Position numbers and translations under genes: made by a program. From NCBI GenBank assembly GCA_023262505.1, contig JALRAP010000001.1, forward strand, positions 64,343 to 128,342: 64,000 nucleotides of DNA. Direction: 5' to 3'. Of this stretch, positions 27,894-37,399 are shown in pieces. How positions within the stretch are numbered: position 1 is the stretch's first letter; each line of letters opens with the position of its first letter. The DNA comes from Bacteroidia bacterium. GTDB lineage: Bacteria > Bacteroidota > Bacteroidia > AKYH767-A > OLB10. The notes below the pieces were generated by a model that ran no database searches, had not been told where the DNA came from, and worked only from the letters and a program-made list of their open reading frames with translations.

Positions 27894-28811
27894 CTACAAA
27901 TTATCCGTAACACTATTCCACACCATCACAGAACGGTCGTCGGAGGCGGAAATCAACTGATTGCTGCCTTCATGCCAAACGATCTTATTGACGGAGTTGA
28001 CATGGCCCATGGAGCGCTCCTTGTCTATGCGTTGCATCACCTCAAAAGTATTGGCATTCCAGATTTTGATGGTTTTGTCGCGACTTGCCGTGGCAAATAC
28101 CAATCCGTCGGAATGATATTCGATACTGTAAATGGCATAATTGTGTGCAGGAATATCATGCACCAATTCAAAACCATTGGCGACATCATGGACTTTTAAC
28201 ATGGCATCCCTAGAGCCCGACAAAAGCCATCTTCCATCGGGAGAGAACGTAACAGCATTGGCTGAATAACCGGGCAAATGAGCTTGCCAACTGGCCACCA
28301 CCTCCATCCCCGGAAGGGAGAAAATGCGGATAACACCATCTCCCGACCCAAGTGCCATCAAGTTTTTTTCTGGGTTTACCGATATACCCCTCAACTTACC
28401 TCCGCCGAGGGTGAAAACTTTTTGAAGTTTCAGTTCAGCATCATCAAACACACCCAATTCACCATCACCCGCAAGGGAAATCACCATTTGAAATTGAGGA
28501 ATATGCACTAAATTGAAGACCGCAGAGCGATGGTACTGTAATAAACGCTCCTCTTTTCGACTGGCAAGATCAATCACATGGATGCCGCCCGAGGCTTGTC
28601 CTACCAACAGTTTACCCGATGGCAATTGAAGCAAAGAGTAAACAATATCGCTGGTTTTCACCAAGACGTTGCCTTCTTCGGGTTTTTGCAAATCCCACTC
28701 TGCGACCAGTCGATCGCTGCCCGCTGAGAAAAGCCCGCTATCACCAAATGGCAACAAGGCATATACCGAGCCCGTATGTCCGGCCAATACCGCATGTTTT
28801 TCAATTCTCAT
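27894..28811 (-). CDS. WD40-repeat beta-propeller protein
   Basis: Repeated GH..SVYAL / SGS.D..LKVWD-type WD motifs across 305 aa. Confidence 0.6.
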   Translation of the reverse strand: MRIEKHAVLAGHTGSVYALLPFGDSGLFSAGSDRLVAEWDLQKPEEGNVLVKTSDIVYSLLQLPSGKLLVGQASGGIHVIDLASRKEERLLQYHRSAVFNLVHIPQFQMVISLAGDGELGVFDDAELKLQKVFTLGGGKLRGISVNPEKNLMALGSGDGVIRIFSLPGMEVVASWQAHLPGYSANAVTFSPDGRWLLSGSRDAMLKVHDVANGFELVHDIPAHNYAIYSIEYHSDGLVFATASRDKTIKIWNANTFEVMQRIDKERSMGHVNSVNKIVWHEGSNQLISASDDRSVMVWNSVTDNL

Positions 28812-29565
28812 GACGCAAAGTTACCCAACATTCAGACGAATCGCTGACCTTTGTTCCATGCCAACCAATGCCGACCTGAAAAAAATCGCAAACAGCTTTT
28901 TGCCAGGGACATTGCTTGCAAGTGTGCTATTGGCTGTAAAATCCTATGAATGGTGGACGGCTACCAGCTTGACAAGTTGGGGATTGTTCCCTCGTACGGA
29001 ACATGGCTTACTGGGCATTTTAACCATGCCCTTTTTGCATGGCGATTGGGAGCATTTGCTTTCGAACATGGTACCACTGGTGATCCTTTTGGCGGGAATG
29101 CGCTACTTCTACCCCACTTTAGCCCTAAAGGTGTTTGCATGGGTATACTTGCTAAGCGGATTCTGGTTGTGGCTTGGGGGAAGACCCTCCTACCACGTAG
29201 GTGCAAGTGCAGTCGTCTATGGGTTAACCGTTTTCTTGTTCTTCAGCGGAGTATTGAGAAAAGACACACGGCTGATGGCATTTTCCATGTTGGTGGTGTT
29301 TCTATACGGTGGATTGGTGTGGGGATTGCTACCATTTTTAGAACGCATTTCGTGGGAAGGTCATCTATTCGGATCCTTGGCGGGATTGCTGATGTCGATC
29401 GTATACCGCAAGCTAGGACCTCAACGTCCGATATACAGTTGGGATATCACGCATGACATGGAAGTAGAAGATGGCCCAGATGCATATTGGAGAACCATCG
29501 AGGAAAAAGTTAGCGATGCGAAAAAAGATGAACAGGCGGGCAACGAAATTGATAAGCTAACTTGA
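28810..29565 (+). CDS. rhomboid-family intramembrane serine protease
   Basis: HLLSNM (HxxxN), GASAVVYGL (GxSG catalytic Ser region), GHLFGSLAG (catalytic His helix). The ORF-track start 28669 overlaps the WD40 gene; the true start is probably Met48 (~28810) or the MPTNAD Met (~28858). Confidence 0.55.
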   Translation: MTQSYPTFRRIADLCSMPTNADLKKIANSFLPGTLLASVLLAVKSYEWWTATSLTSWGLFPRTEHGLLGILTMPFLHGDWEHLLSNMVPLVILLAGMRYFYPTLALKVFAWVYLLSGFWLWLGGRPSYHVGASAVVYGLTVFLFFSGVLRKDTRLMAFSMLVVFLYGGLVWGLLPFLERISWEGHLFGSLAGLLMSIVYRKLGPQRPIYSWDITHDMEVEDGPDAYWRTIEEKVSDAKKDEQAGNEIDKLT

Positions 29566-29595
29566 TTTCTAAAAATCCCTTGTTTTCTCGCTTAC

Positions 29596-30012
29596 TTACT
29601 TTTTATTCCATGTTCCCATTTTGAATCCAATCCATGCCATGGGAACATAAGCGAACAATAAGTCAACTGTTTCAAACCAAGCCGGAGCAGGTAGTAGATA
29701 GACAGAATAAATTCCCCCAAGCATGAAAAGTACACATGGAATCGTAGCTATCCCAAAATAGTTTCCCGATGCAAATCGTACTGCTATCCATACAGCCACC
29801 AAGGTTCCAAATGCGTGTGCAAGAAACGGGGCTAGGAAATGAATAGGCTGAAATAATGCCATTGATTTTGCCAAGCCTTCCGAATAGCTGAGGTCCACGC
29901 CTTCCGGTAAAGGGATAATCGAGCCGTTGATTCCCAACAAGGATACGTTCAGTAGGCTTCCTATTGCGAAACCGGAGATTACAGATAAGATGTTACGTAA
30001 AGCTGGAGGCAT
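29596..30012 (-). CDS. hypothetical integral membrane protein
   Basis: 138 aa with 4 predicted TM helices; no recognisable motif. Confidence 0.4.
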   Translation of the reverse strand: MPPALRNILSVISGFAIGSLLNVSLLGINGSIIPLPEGVDLSYSEGLAKSMALFQPIHFLAPFLAHAFGTLVAVWIAVRFASGNYFGIATIPCVLFMLGGIYSVYLLPAPAWFETVDLLFAYVPMAWIGFKMGTWNKK

Positions 30013-30049
30013 CTATTGATTGTTTTGCTCAAAGATAAAAGAAAACAAA

Positions 30050-30080
30050 AAAGCCGCACGGTGGACCAACCATGCGGCTT
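30050..30080 (-). terminator. rho-independent terminator for the 30103-31776 gene
   Basis: aagccgca-N14-tgcggctt stem; on the minus strand it is followed by a T-rich run (plus-strand aaaacaaaaaa precedes it). Confidence 0.5.
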
Positions 30081-30102
30081 GTGAAAAGCGAAGCTTACAA
30101 AA

Positions 30103-31776
30103 TCAGAACATACTCAAAGGCATATCCTTGTTGTGTGTGACTTCGTATATGAATTTGAGCGATTTATAGGTTTTGTTTTCCATCTTGAAATCCCATACCA
30201 GTGATCCGGTTGCTGCGTTGTAATCTGCCTTGTCGGCGTCTTTCAATTCCACTTTTATCTCCTTAATGCTGGATACGGGGATTTGGTCTTCCACTTTCAA
30301 ATTGATAGGCCTACCCTTATTGCTCTTAATTCGAAGCTCATATGCGACGGTCCTGGTAATATCAGTCCCCAATAATTTGTTGGATTCCTTATCCTTCAAC
30401 CTAGTGCGTGTTACAGTAATGGCTTGGTCGCGACCCATGGCTAAATCCAATGTATCGTTGATTACGTTAGGGTTGATTACCGTTTGACCCACATAAGTTC
30501 CATCGTAGAATAGATTGGCGTTGCCTGGCAAAAGGTTCAGGTTTTCCCATCCGGTTACACGGGCTAACAAGAATGCCTCGCTCTCGATTTTTGGAACCAG
30601 GTAGTGAATATAATTTGCGGAAAGGCTTTCGGTTTTAACGGCTACAACATGACTGTTTCCATCTGAAGGGATGTCGTAATCTAGTTTGATCGCAAATTCA
30701 ACATTGGCCATGGTTTCAACAATCTGCGAATAGTTGGCAGCTGATTCAGCTGGACTTAGCTCCATCAAACGCTTAGACATAACTTCTTCCATGTCTTTTG
30801 TAATGTATCCCGCATTGTCTGCTGACTGTGGTCTGGCACCACGGGCCGAACCAGTAACAGTAGCGCGTTGTGCAGTATAATAGTTGATATACCAAATGGG
30901 TAATGAAGGTTTGATATGACTGCGATTCGGGTTGGATGTGCTGAGTTTTATGCGAACATTTTTCCAATCTTCGCCGGTGCTTTGGTAAACATTGGCCTTG
31001 TAGGTAAGTTTTACGGGCTCAGTTGTGTTGGATGCACGCAAATCGTATGACGGTGTCCAACCGGCAGCAGAAACCATGTAACTCAGTTCCACCACTCCTG
31101 TTGCAGGAGCATCCGCACTAATGGTAACCACAACTTGATTATCTGGTTGGTATGGTTTTTCGGGCTCTGTGTCGCCTTTGTAAGCGCGTAACTCATTAAG
31201 CTTCTGTGTGACTTCATTTGATGCAGCTTCTAACTGGAATTTATCACGCTTGGCTTTTGAAATGAGCGTGTTTAGCTCTCCTAGTCTCTTGTGAAAAAAC
31301 TCCATCGCTTTTATCAAAACCTCTAATGAGTCGCTCTTGCCTTCTCCTTTGGCGAGTTTGTTTTTCACTATCATATCCTTTTCCAAGCTCAGGGATGCCA
31401 AACGTTCAGCGATTTCGGATTCTCTGAAATCCAACTCGGTTAATGAATCCTCAAGCTGTTCTATTTGTTTGGTGATGGCTTTGGGAACCGCAGGCGTTTT
31501 TACCGGCTCTGGGTACTTTACTCTGTGTTTGACATCCGTTACAACGAATGCTCCTTTACCTCCTGCTTGGATGCTTGCAGGGTTAATACCTTGGGTAAGC
31601 CCGGTAAACACTAAATGTGTGATGCCCGTCCCAACGGAAATATTGGTGGTGCGGAATACCTGAGCGCCTTGCGTGAAAACAGTTACACGCTCAACATTGG
31701 ATTTTACAGGTTTTTCGTCGGCGAAGGTGCTGGTGGTTGACAATAGCAATCCACAAGCGATGATCAGCTTTTTCAT
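30103..31776 (-). CDS. DUF4139/DUF4140 (mucoidy-inhibitor MuiA-like) family secreted protein
   Basis: Signal peptide; N-terminal VERVTVFTQGAQVFRT pattern, a coiled-coil middle, and a beta-rich C-terminal half, which together are typical of this ~550-aa Bacteroidota family. Confidence 0.55.
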   Translation of the reverse strand: MKKLIIACGLLLSTTSTFADEKPVKSNVERVTVFTQGAQVFRTTNISVGTGITHLVFTGLTQGINPASIQAGGKGAFVVTDVKHRVKYPEPVKTPAVPKAITKQIEQLEDSLTELDFRESEIAERLASLSLEKDMIVKNKLAKGEGKSDSLEVLIKAMEFFHKRLGELNTLISKAKRDKFQLEAASNEVTQKLNELRAYKGDTEPEKPYQPDNQVVVTISADAPATGVVELSYMVSAAGWTPSYDLRASNTTEPVKLTYKANVYQSTGEDWKNVRIKLSTSNPNRSHIKPSLPIWYINYYTAQRATVTGSARGARPQSADNAGYITKDMEEVMSKRLMELSPAESAANYSQIVETMANVEFAIKLDYDIPSDGNSHVVAVKTESLSANYIHYLVPKIESEAFLLARVTGWENLNLLPGNANLFYDGTYVGQTVINPNVINDTLDLAMGRDQAITVTRTRLKDKESNKLLGTDITRTVAYELRIKSNKGRPINLKVEDQIPVSSIKEIKVELKDADKADYNAATGSLVWDFKMENKTYKSLKFIYEVTHNKDMPLSMF

Positions 31777-31919
31777 GTTTTTGATTTTAAGAGTTAATTT
31801 GGTCCGAAACGCGCCTGATATGCTGGCGCAACGGACTATAGATGTGGGTACCGTTCAGATTCCACACAAACCATTGAAAGTTTTTTGGGGATTGAAGAAA
31901 GCGGGCTTGAATTTGCCTC

Positions 31920-32879
31920 TTAGCTTTGAGCCAAAGCGTAATAAATAGGCATCCCGATGGTAATATTGAACGGGAATGTAAGTCCTAGTGCCATGGGAAT
32001 ATAAAGCCCAGGGTCGGCTTTGGGCGCTGCTATGCGCATAGCGGCGGGAACGGCAATGTAAGAGGCGCTGGCAGCCAATACCGCCAAAATAAAACGATTG
32101 CCAACATCATCAGTAACCAGTGAACTTGCCCATGCCACACAACATCCGTTTATGGCAGGAATGATGATGGAGAATGCGCTTAGGAAGAACCCATATTGTT
32201 TGAAAGCATAGAACCGCTTGGCTGTTACCATCCCCATTTCGAGCAGGAAGATGGCCAAAAAGCCTTTGAAAATATCGGTTGTGAATGGTTTGATGCCTTC
32301 TGCTTGCTTGGTATCAGCAATGAGCCCAATCACCAAACTTCCCAGAATAAGTAAAACACTCCCATTGGTGAAAGAATGCTTGATGGTATCTTTTAGGTTT
32401 CCGGTGGAACGCGCTTCTGAATCATACCGCATCATCAATATGACACCAATGATGATGGCAGGCGACTCCATCAGAGCCATGATGGCTACCATGTGACCTC
32501 CAAAATCCAGTCCTTGGCCTTCCAAAAAGGTGGCAGCCGCCACGAAAGTCACAGCACTTACGGATCCATAGGTGGCAGCAACGGCGCCTGCGTTGCTAAC
32601 CGACATGCGCTTTTTGAGGATGAAAAACGTATAAAATGGAATGAGTGCTGCTACCGTTATTCCGAATATGATGGAATAGAATATTTCACTGGTGAATGGG
32701 GTTAAGGCTAGCTCCTGACCCCCTTTGAATCCAATGGCAAATAGTAGATATAGGGAAATGAATTTACTAGAAGATGCGGGAATCTCCAGATCACTCTTCA
32801 CGTTGGCTGCTATGATTCCCAAAACAAAGAACAGCAGCGTGGGGTTGGTAATGTTGGAAATCAGGATTTGGAAATCCAT
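31920..32879 (-). CDS. SbtA-like (DUF897) sodium-dependent bicarbonate transporter family permease
   Basis: 319 aa, ~10 TM segments; the N-terminal ILISNITNPTLLFFVLGIIAANVKSDLEIP..ISLYLLFAIGFKGG resembles the SbtA family. Confidence 0.5.
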   Translation of the reverse strand: MDFQILISNITNPTLLFFVLGIIAANVKSDLEIPASSSKFISLYLLFAIGFKGGQELALTPFTSEIFYSIIFGITVAALIPFYTFFILKKRMSVSNAGAVAATYGSVSAVTFVAAATFLEGQGLDFGGHMVAIMALMESPAIIIGVILMMRYDSEARSTGNLKDTIKHSFTNGSVLLILGSLVIGLIADTKQAEGIKPFTTDIFKGFLAIFLLEMGMVTAKRFYAFKQYGFFLSAFSIIIPAINGCCVAWASSLVTDDVGNRFILAVLAASASYIAVPAAMRIAAPKADPGLYIPMALGLTFPFNITIGMPIYYALAQS

Positions 32880-33170
32880 GTCTTACAGAGGGTTTAATCA
32901 ATCACAAACCGCAAAATTAGGTACTGACCTCTATTGAGCAGCTTAAATGCATCTAATTTTAATCTGGCCGTATTCCGAAATTTTTTGGCTCAAAAGGGAC
33001 TTTGTTAATCATTGAATTCAGACCCTTCAATAAACTTTATACTACAAAAAACGAACTTTTGGCTAAATAGTCCTATGTCTTGTTAGAATAATCTTCTTTT
33101 TGTCAGAAATCTGTAAAAACAATTCAAAGTTTCGCTTTGTTGAACATGCATAACTTAAATCATAAACAAA

Positions 33171-33887
33171 ATGGAACATTTAACAATTGGTAGTGACAAC
33201 TACGTAGCGTTTACCTTCTTTATAGGTACTATGGCTATGATGGCGGCTTCTGTGTTCTTCTTCTTCGAGTTGAGCAACACGTCGCAAAAGTGGCGCACTT
33301 CTGTGTTGGTATCAGGATTGATCACCTTCATTGCGGCTGTGCATTATTATTACATGCGTGGTTACAACTTGGAAACAGGTGAATCACCCACATTCTTCCG
33401 TTACGTGGATTGGATTCTCACAGTTCCACTCATGTGCGTTGAATTCTATTTGATCACACGCAAAGCTGGAGCCAAAATCGCTTTGCTTTGGAAGCTGATC
33501 TTTGCATCCCTGGTGATGTTGGTAACCGGCTACATCGGTGAAACAATCGACCGCGATGGAAGCGTATTGTGGGGCGTCATTTCTGGTGCCGCATACTTCT
33601 ATATAGTATATCTGATTTGGTTTGGCGAAGTAGCGAAATTGGCAACCACCGCTGGAACACAAGTTGCAAAAGCTACACGCACATTGGCATGGTTCGTACT
33701 TGTGGGCTGGGCTATCTATCCGCTCGGTTATATCTTGGGAACACCAGGTGGTTTGTTCGGTGCACAGCTAGTTGCTGATCCTGCCGCTGCATCGCACGCC
33801 ATGGATATAGTTTATAACATTGCTGACGCGGTAAACAAGATCGGATTTGGTCTTGTGATATATGCTTTGTCCCGTACCGAAGATTAA
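33171..33887 (+). CDS. proteorhodopsin (light-driven proton pump, DTE motif, predicted green-absorbing)
   Basis: 7-TM protein. Helix C has RYVDWILTVPLMCVEFYL (D80, T84, E91 give a DTE H+-pump motif; Met88 corresponds to PR tuning position 105). Helix F has WAIYPLGY and helix G has DAVNKIGFGL (D219 counterion, K223 Schiff-base lysine). Confidence 0.85.
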   Translation: MEHLTIGSDNYVAFTFFIGTMAMMAASVFFFFELSNTSQKWRTSVLVSGLITFIAAVHYYYMRGYNLETGESPTFFRYVDWILTVPLMCVEFYLITRKAGAKIALLWKLIFASLVMLVTGYIGETIDRDGSVLWGVISGAAYFYIVYLIWFGEVAKLATTAGTQVAKATRTLAWFVLVGWAIYPLGYILGTPGGLFGAQLVADPAAASHAMDIVYNIADAVNKIGFGLVIYALSRTED

Positions 33888-33904
33888 TTCCTCTCTTAAT
33901 TGAA

Positions 33905-33945
33905 GCCGGAGGCTCGTCTGTATAGACTAGCCTCTGGCTTTTATC
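33905..33945 (+). terminator. rho-independent terminator-like hairpin downstream of the rhodopsin gene
   Basis: gccggaggctcgtc-tgtata-gactagcctctggc, a 14-bp stem with 2 mismatches, followed by tttt. Confidence 0.5.
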
Positions 33946-34014
33946 CTATAGTCAAGTACCTTTTCCGATCAACCGATAATTAATCTCACCAAAACTGCCT
34001 AAACAGTACTGAAA

Positions 34015-34977
34015 TTGAACAACGAATTGCATTTACGCAGATTGATGACACTGGTGATTATCGCAATGGGCGTATTTACATCCGCCTTAGGTGAGCAAGC
34101 GTCATTTGTACTTGCAATCTCATTGATTTGCCTGATTGGCATTCCTCATGGTGCAACCGATCACCTTTTATTCTTTTCAATCGCACAAAACATGCCAGGT
34201 GATAGACACAAAATACAGTTGCGGTTCTACGCCACTTATTTGGGTATAATGGCAGCTTATGGTTTCCTATGGTATCTTTCCCCTCAGCTATCCTTTTTAC
34301 TATTCATTATAGTTTCATTTTATCACTTTGGCCAGGAAAACCTGAAAGCCTTCCGCTGGAAATCACCGTACTTGAAATATATATCATTCATGGTCTCCGG
34401 TTTTTTTTTGCTGGCCACTCCCCTTTTGGCTGATATGGATTCCGCCTTGCCCATAATCAAATCCATTATGGGATTAAACGACAAGATATTTGTAAACACA
34501 CAACAATGTCGTCAGCTTTCATATGCAGTTGGAATAATTTACGGCTTTTTCATAGTCGCTCTCATGATGTCTCGTAATATCGGTATTGGTGCTGGCACAA
34601 AGGAATTGATCAATTGTGCCATATTGTTTTCCTTGTTCGTTTCCACTCCATTGATGATGGGCTTTGCAGTCTACTTTTCATTGTGGCATGCGCTACCTTC
34701 AATTATCGAGCAAATAACCTTTCTAAAAATAAAACAGGTTAAATATAATTTCAAGAGCCATGTTAGGAACTTGGCCCCTTACACTTTACTGAGTATAATA
34801 GGTATATTCATTGGATTGTACATGCTTGACAACAGTTCTTTGTCGGCCAAAACCGGCATTGGATTTATGTTCCTATCAATTATTACTCTTCCTCACATCA
34901 TTTTAATGGACAAGTTTCATGAAATGAGTGCGGAAAAATCCATTGTTGGAGAAAATCAGCCCTACGCAGCTGTATAG
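34015..34977 (+). CDS. blh: Brp/Blh-family beta-carotene 15,15'-dioxygenase (retinal synthesis)
   Basis: 320 aa polytopic membrane protein with the GIPHGATDH motif and further conserved His residues (FYHFGQEN, LWHALPS); it sits immediately downstream of the rhodopsin, as in other PR photosystems. Confidence 0.75.
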   Translation: MNNELHLRRLMTLVIIAMGVFTSALGEQASFVLAISLICLIGIPHGATDHLLFFSIAQNMPGDRHKIQLRFYATYLGIMAAYGFLWYLSPQLSFLLFIIVSFYHFGQENLKAFRWKSPYLKYISFMVSGFFLLATPLLADMDSALPIIKSIMGLNDKIFVNTQQCRQLSYAVGIIYGFFIVALMMSRNIGIGAGTKELINCAILFSLFVSTPLMMGFAVYFSLWHALPSIIEQITFLKIKQVKYNFKSHVRNLAPYTLLSIIGIFIGLYMLDNSSLSAKTGIGFMFLSIITLPHIILMDKFHEMSAEKSIVGENQPYAAV

Positions 34978-35065
34978 AAAACCTTGGGGTTGTTTCGGGA
35001 AAATCCTTCCTGATTATTTTTATAAATCGACTTTCCTACTTTTGCTTCAACTTTTCCAATTCAAC

Positions 35066-35467
35066 ATGGACAAAATTGAGCATTTAGGTATCGCCGTTAA
35101 AGACCTAAAAACCGCAGGTGAAACCTACACAAAACTTTTAGGCAAACCACCCTACAAGACGGAATCAGTGGAAAGCGAAGGAGTGAACACGATGTTTTTC
35201 GAGACTGGCGAGAGTAAAATCGAATTGTTGGAGGCCACAAATGCAGATAGTCCCATTGCACGCTTCATAGATAAAAAGGGAGAAGGCATACATCATATCG
35301 CCTTCGCGGTTTCCGACATTCGGTCAGAAATGAAACGGCTGGAATCCGAAGGTTTCACCCTGCTGAATTCAGAGCCCAAGATAGGAGCTGACAATAAATG
35401 GGTCTGTTTCTTACACCCTAAAAACAGTCATGGTGTTTTAGTAGAACTCTGCCAAGACCGGGGGTAG
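35066..35467 (+). CDS. methylmalonyl-CoA epimerase (VOC/glyoxalase superfamily)
   Basis: MDKIEHLGIAVKDL...GEGIHHIAFAVSDI...HGVLVELC. The ORF track starts at 34928, but the upstream part overlaps the blh end and lacks coding character. Confidence 0.65.
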   Translation: MDKIEHLGIAVKDLKTAGETYTKLLGKPPYKTESVESEGVNTMFFETGESKIELLEATNADSPIARFIDKKGEGIHHIAFAVSDIRSEMKRLESEGFTLLNSEPKIGADNKWVCFLHPKNSHGVLVELCQDRG

Positions 35468-35486
35468 GCGCTTATGAATCATCGAC

Positions 35487-36143
35487 CTAATGATGGTCGT
35501 CGCCATAAATTTTGAATGTCCTTTTGATAGTAGAAACAATGGTAGTTGCTACTATCGCTCCGAGAAAAGCCAGGAAGATATCCTTTTGCGCATCCCAGAT
35601 ATCGCCTTGAGTTCCAAGATAGGCATCGCCTTGGGCTTTGAAAAAGATATCGGCAACTGCCCACTCAATCAATTCATAAAATGCGCTTATCGACATGGTG
35701 ATCTCGATAGGCAATACCCATGAAGCAGTTGGGGGATATTTGAGCCATCGCAAAAACAATTCCCGCATTGGATATGCCAGTAAGAATCCGAAGGAAAAGT
35801 GGACGATACGATCGTAATGGTTTCGAGAGGTGTTGAACACTTCCATCAACCAAAAACCAAAAGGATTTTCAGCATACGTGTATTTGGAGCCATATACATG
35901 CAAACACATGTAAACGCATATCAGTAAATAAGAAAGATCGCTGAATTGGTATTTACGAAATGTGATAAAGAGGAATACTACGAAAATAACCGTCAACGTG
36001 TTTTCTAGCATCCAATTGGCCATGTCTGTTGTGCCAATGAAGGTGCTGATCCATATGACTGAAAAGACAGCGAGAAACGCCATCAGCCAACGGTTTTGTT
36101 TGAATGGCGAACGGTAGTTGGAAATTGCTATGGTAAATCCCAT
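35487..36143 (-). CDS. hypothetical membrane protein (DUF2238-like)
   Basis: 218 aa, ~6 TM helices. Confidence 0.4.
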   Translation of the reverse strand: MGFTIAISNYRSPFKQNRWLMAFLAVFSVIWISTFIGTTDMANWMLENTLTVIFVVFLFITFRKYQFSDLSYLLICVYMCLHVYGSKYTYAENPFGFWLMEVFNTSRNHYDRIVHFSFGFLLAYPMRELFLRWLKYPPTASWVLPIEITMSISAFYELIEWAVADIFFKAQGDAYLGTQGDIWDAQKDIFLAFLGAIVATTIVSTIKRTFKIYGDDHH

Positions 36144-36204
36144 TTGTTTAGGTATTGATTAGACCAAATGTATAAGGAAATTTAACAAACACCAAAGACT
36201 TGCA

Positions 36205-37317
36205 TCAGCCCATCACCCTATCTCGAATCTTCAAGAATGTTTCCTCGATCAGGATGGTGAATAGTACTGAAACGAAAAAGGTAAGCACTAAAAATATGGA
36301 TAGGCCCAAAAGTCCTTTGCCAAATTCATCTGTGATGATTTTGACAAACATGAAATGCCATAGATACCAATTATAACTGAAATACGCCATCACCCTCAAT
36401 GGAAGCACATAATTAAGCTGCATCGTATAAGCGGAAGCGACCAGCAGGAAAAACGATAAGTGGGTGAGATTATTGAACACCACCTTGGTGTAAAAAGTTG
36501 ATTTCATTTGTATGTCACAAAATATGGAAGCAGCCAAAATCAACAAGCCCGTAAAAAAGACCACGACTTTCAACCAATTCGTATAAAAGTACTCCGAATG
36601 GTTCTTGAACAAGTAGCTTATGAGCACACCATATCCGAGTGCGTCGATGCGGTTATGTGTTCCGGCGTAGGTCTCTTGGCTGGCTAAAAACGAGAACGAA
36701 AAATATTTTCCTATAATGCCCAATACAATCATACCCAATATTCCCATCAGTAGAAGCCTGCGACTGGAAAGATATTGGGCGGTTATGAATAAAAAAGGCA
36801 GTATCAGGTAAAAATGCTCTTCAACACAAAGCGACCAGATGTGGAAGAATATAGGAGAACCATCCCCCGTATAATTGAAATAGAACAGCAAATACCTTTT
36901 CATGTCGCCCCAGTCTACAATAAAACTCGGCATGCTCTCCTTATACATCAACCAAACCAATGCATTTCCGGCGAACATGAAAAAGTAAAAGGATGGGATT
37001 ATCTTGAAAGCACGCTGGGCGAAAAACCTGGGAAATGAAATTTTACGCCCGGTTTCAAACTGGTTTACCAGAATACCTCCTATTAGAAGTCCCGATATAA
37101 CGAAAAACAAATCCACCCCAAGCTCACCATAGGGCAGGAACTTGTTATAATGACCCATGGCTACCGAAAGGATGGCCAATGCCCGTGCTACATCAACCGC
37201 AGGGTTTCTTTTGCCTGAACGGATGACATCGAAGACCTTGAATTTGGATTTGAAGGCTTGATAACTATTAATATTCTTGTTTGAAGTCAACATGCTTAAT
37301 TGTAGAAATATAAACAA
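36205..37317 (-). CDS. acyltransferase family 3
   Basis: VDVARALAILSVAMGH..VDLFFVISGLLIG motifs. Confidence 0.65.
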   Translation of the reverse strand: MFIFLQLSMLTSNKNINSYQAFKSKFKVFDVIRSGKRNPAVDVARALAILSVAMGHYNKFLPYGELGVDLFFVISGLLIGGILVNQFETGRKISFPRFFAQRAFKIIPSFYFFMFAGNALVWLMYKESMPSFIVDWGDMKRYLLFYFNYTGDGSPIFFHIWSLCVEEHFYLILPFLFITAQYLSSRRLLLMGILGMIVLGIIGKYFSFSFLASQETYAGTHNRIDALGYGVLISYLFKNHSEYFYTNWLKVVVFFTGLLILAASIFCDIQMKSTFYTKVVFNNLTHLSFFLLVASAYTMQLNYVLPLRVMAYFSYNWYLWHFMFVKIITDEFGKGLLGLSIFLVLTFFVSVLFTILIEETFLKIRDRVMG

Positions 37318-37399
37318 TAAGTCAGCTTGACAAAAGTTCCACTAGCTGCATATAATGATAATAAATGTTTACCAATGGTTTAATATGCCCTAAACGGTG

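Noticed and set aside
34928-35065. N-terminal extension of the methylmalonyl-CoA epimerase ORF overlapping the blh 3' end
   Set aside because: The extension has no similarity to epimerases, the canonical MDKIEHLG start follows, and the overlap with blh is implausible. It is the same situation as the 39591-39779 extension of the aldo/keto reductase and the 1512-1565 extension of the cytidylyltransferase.
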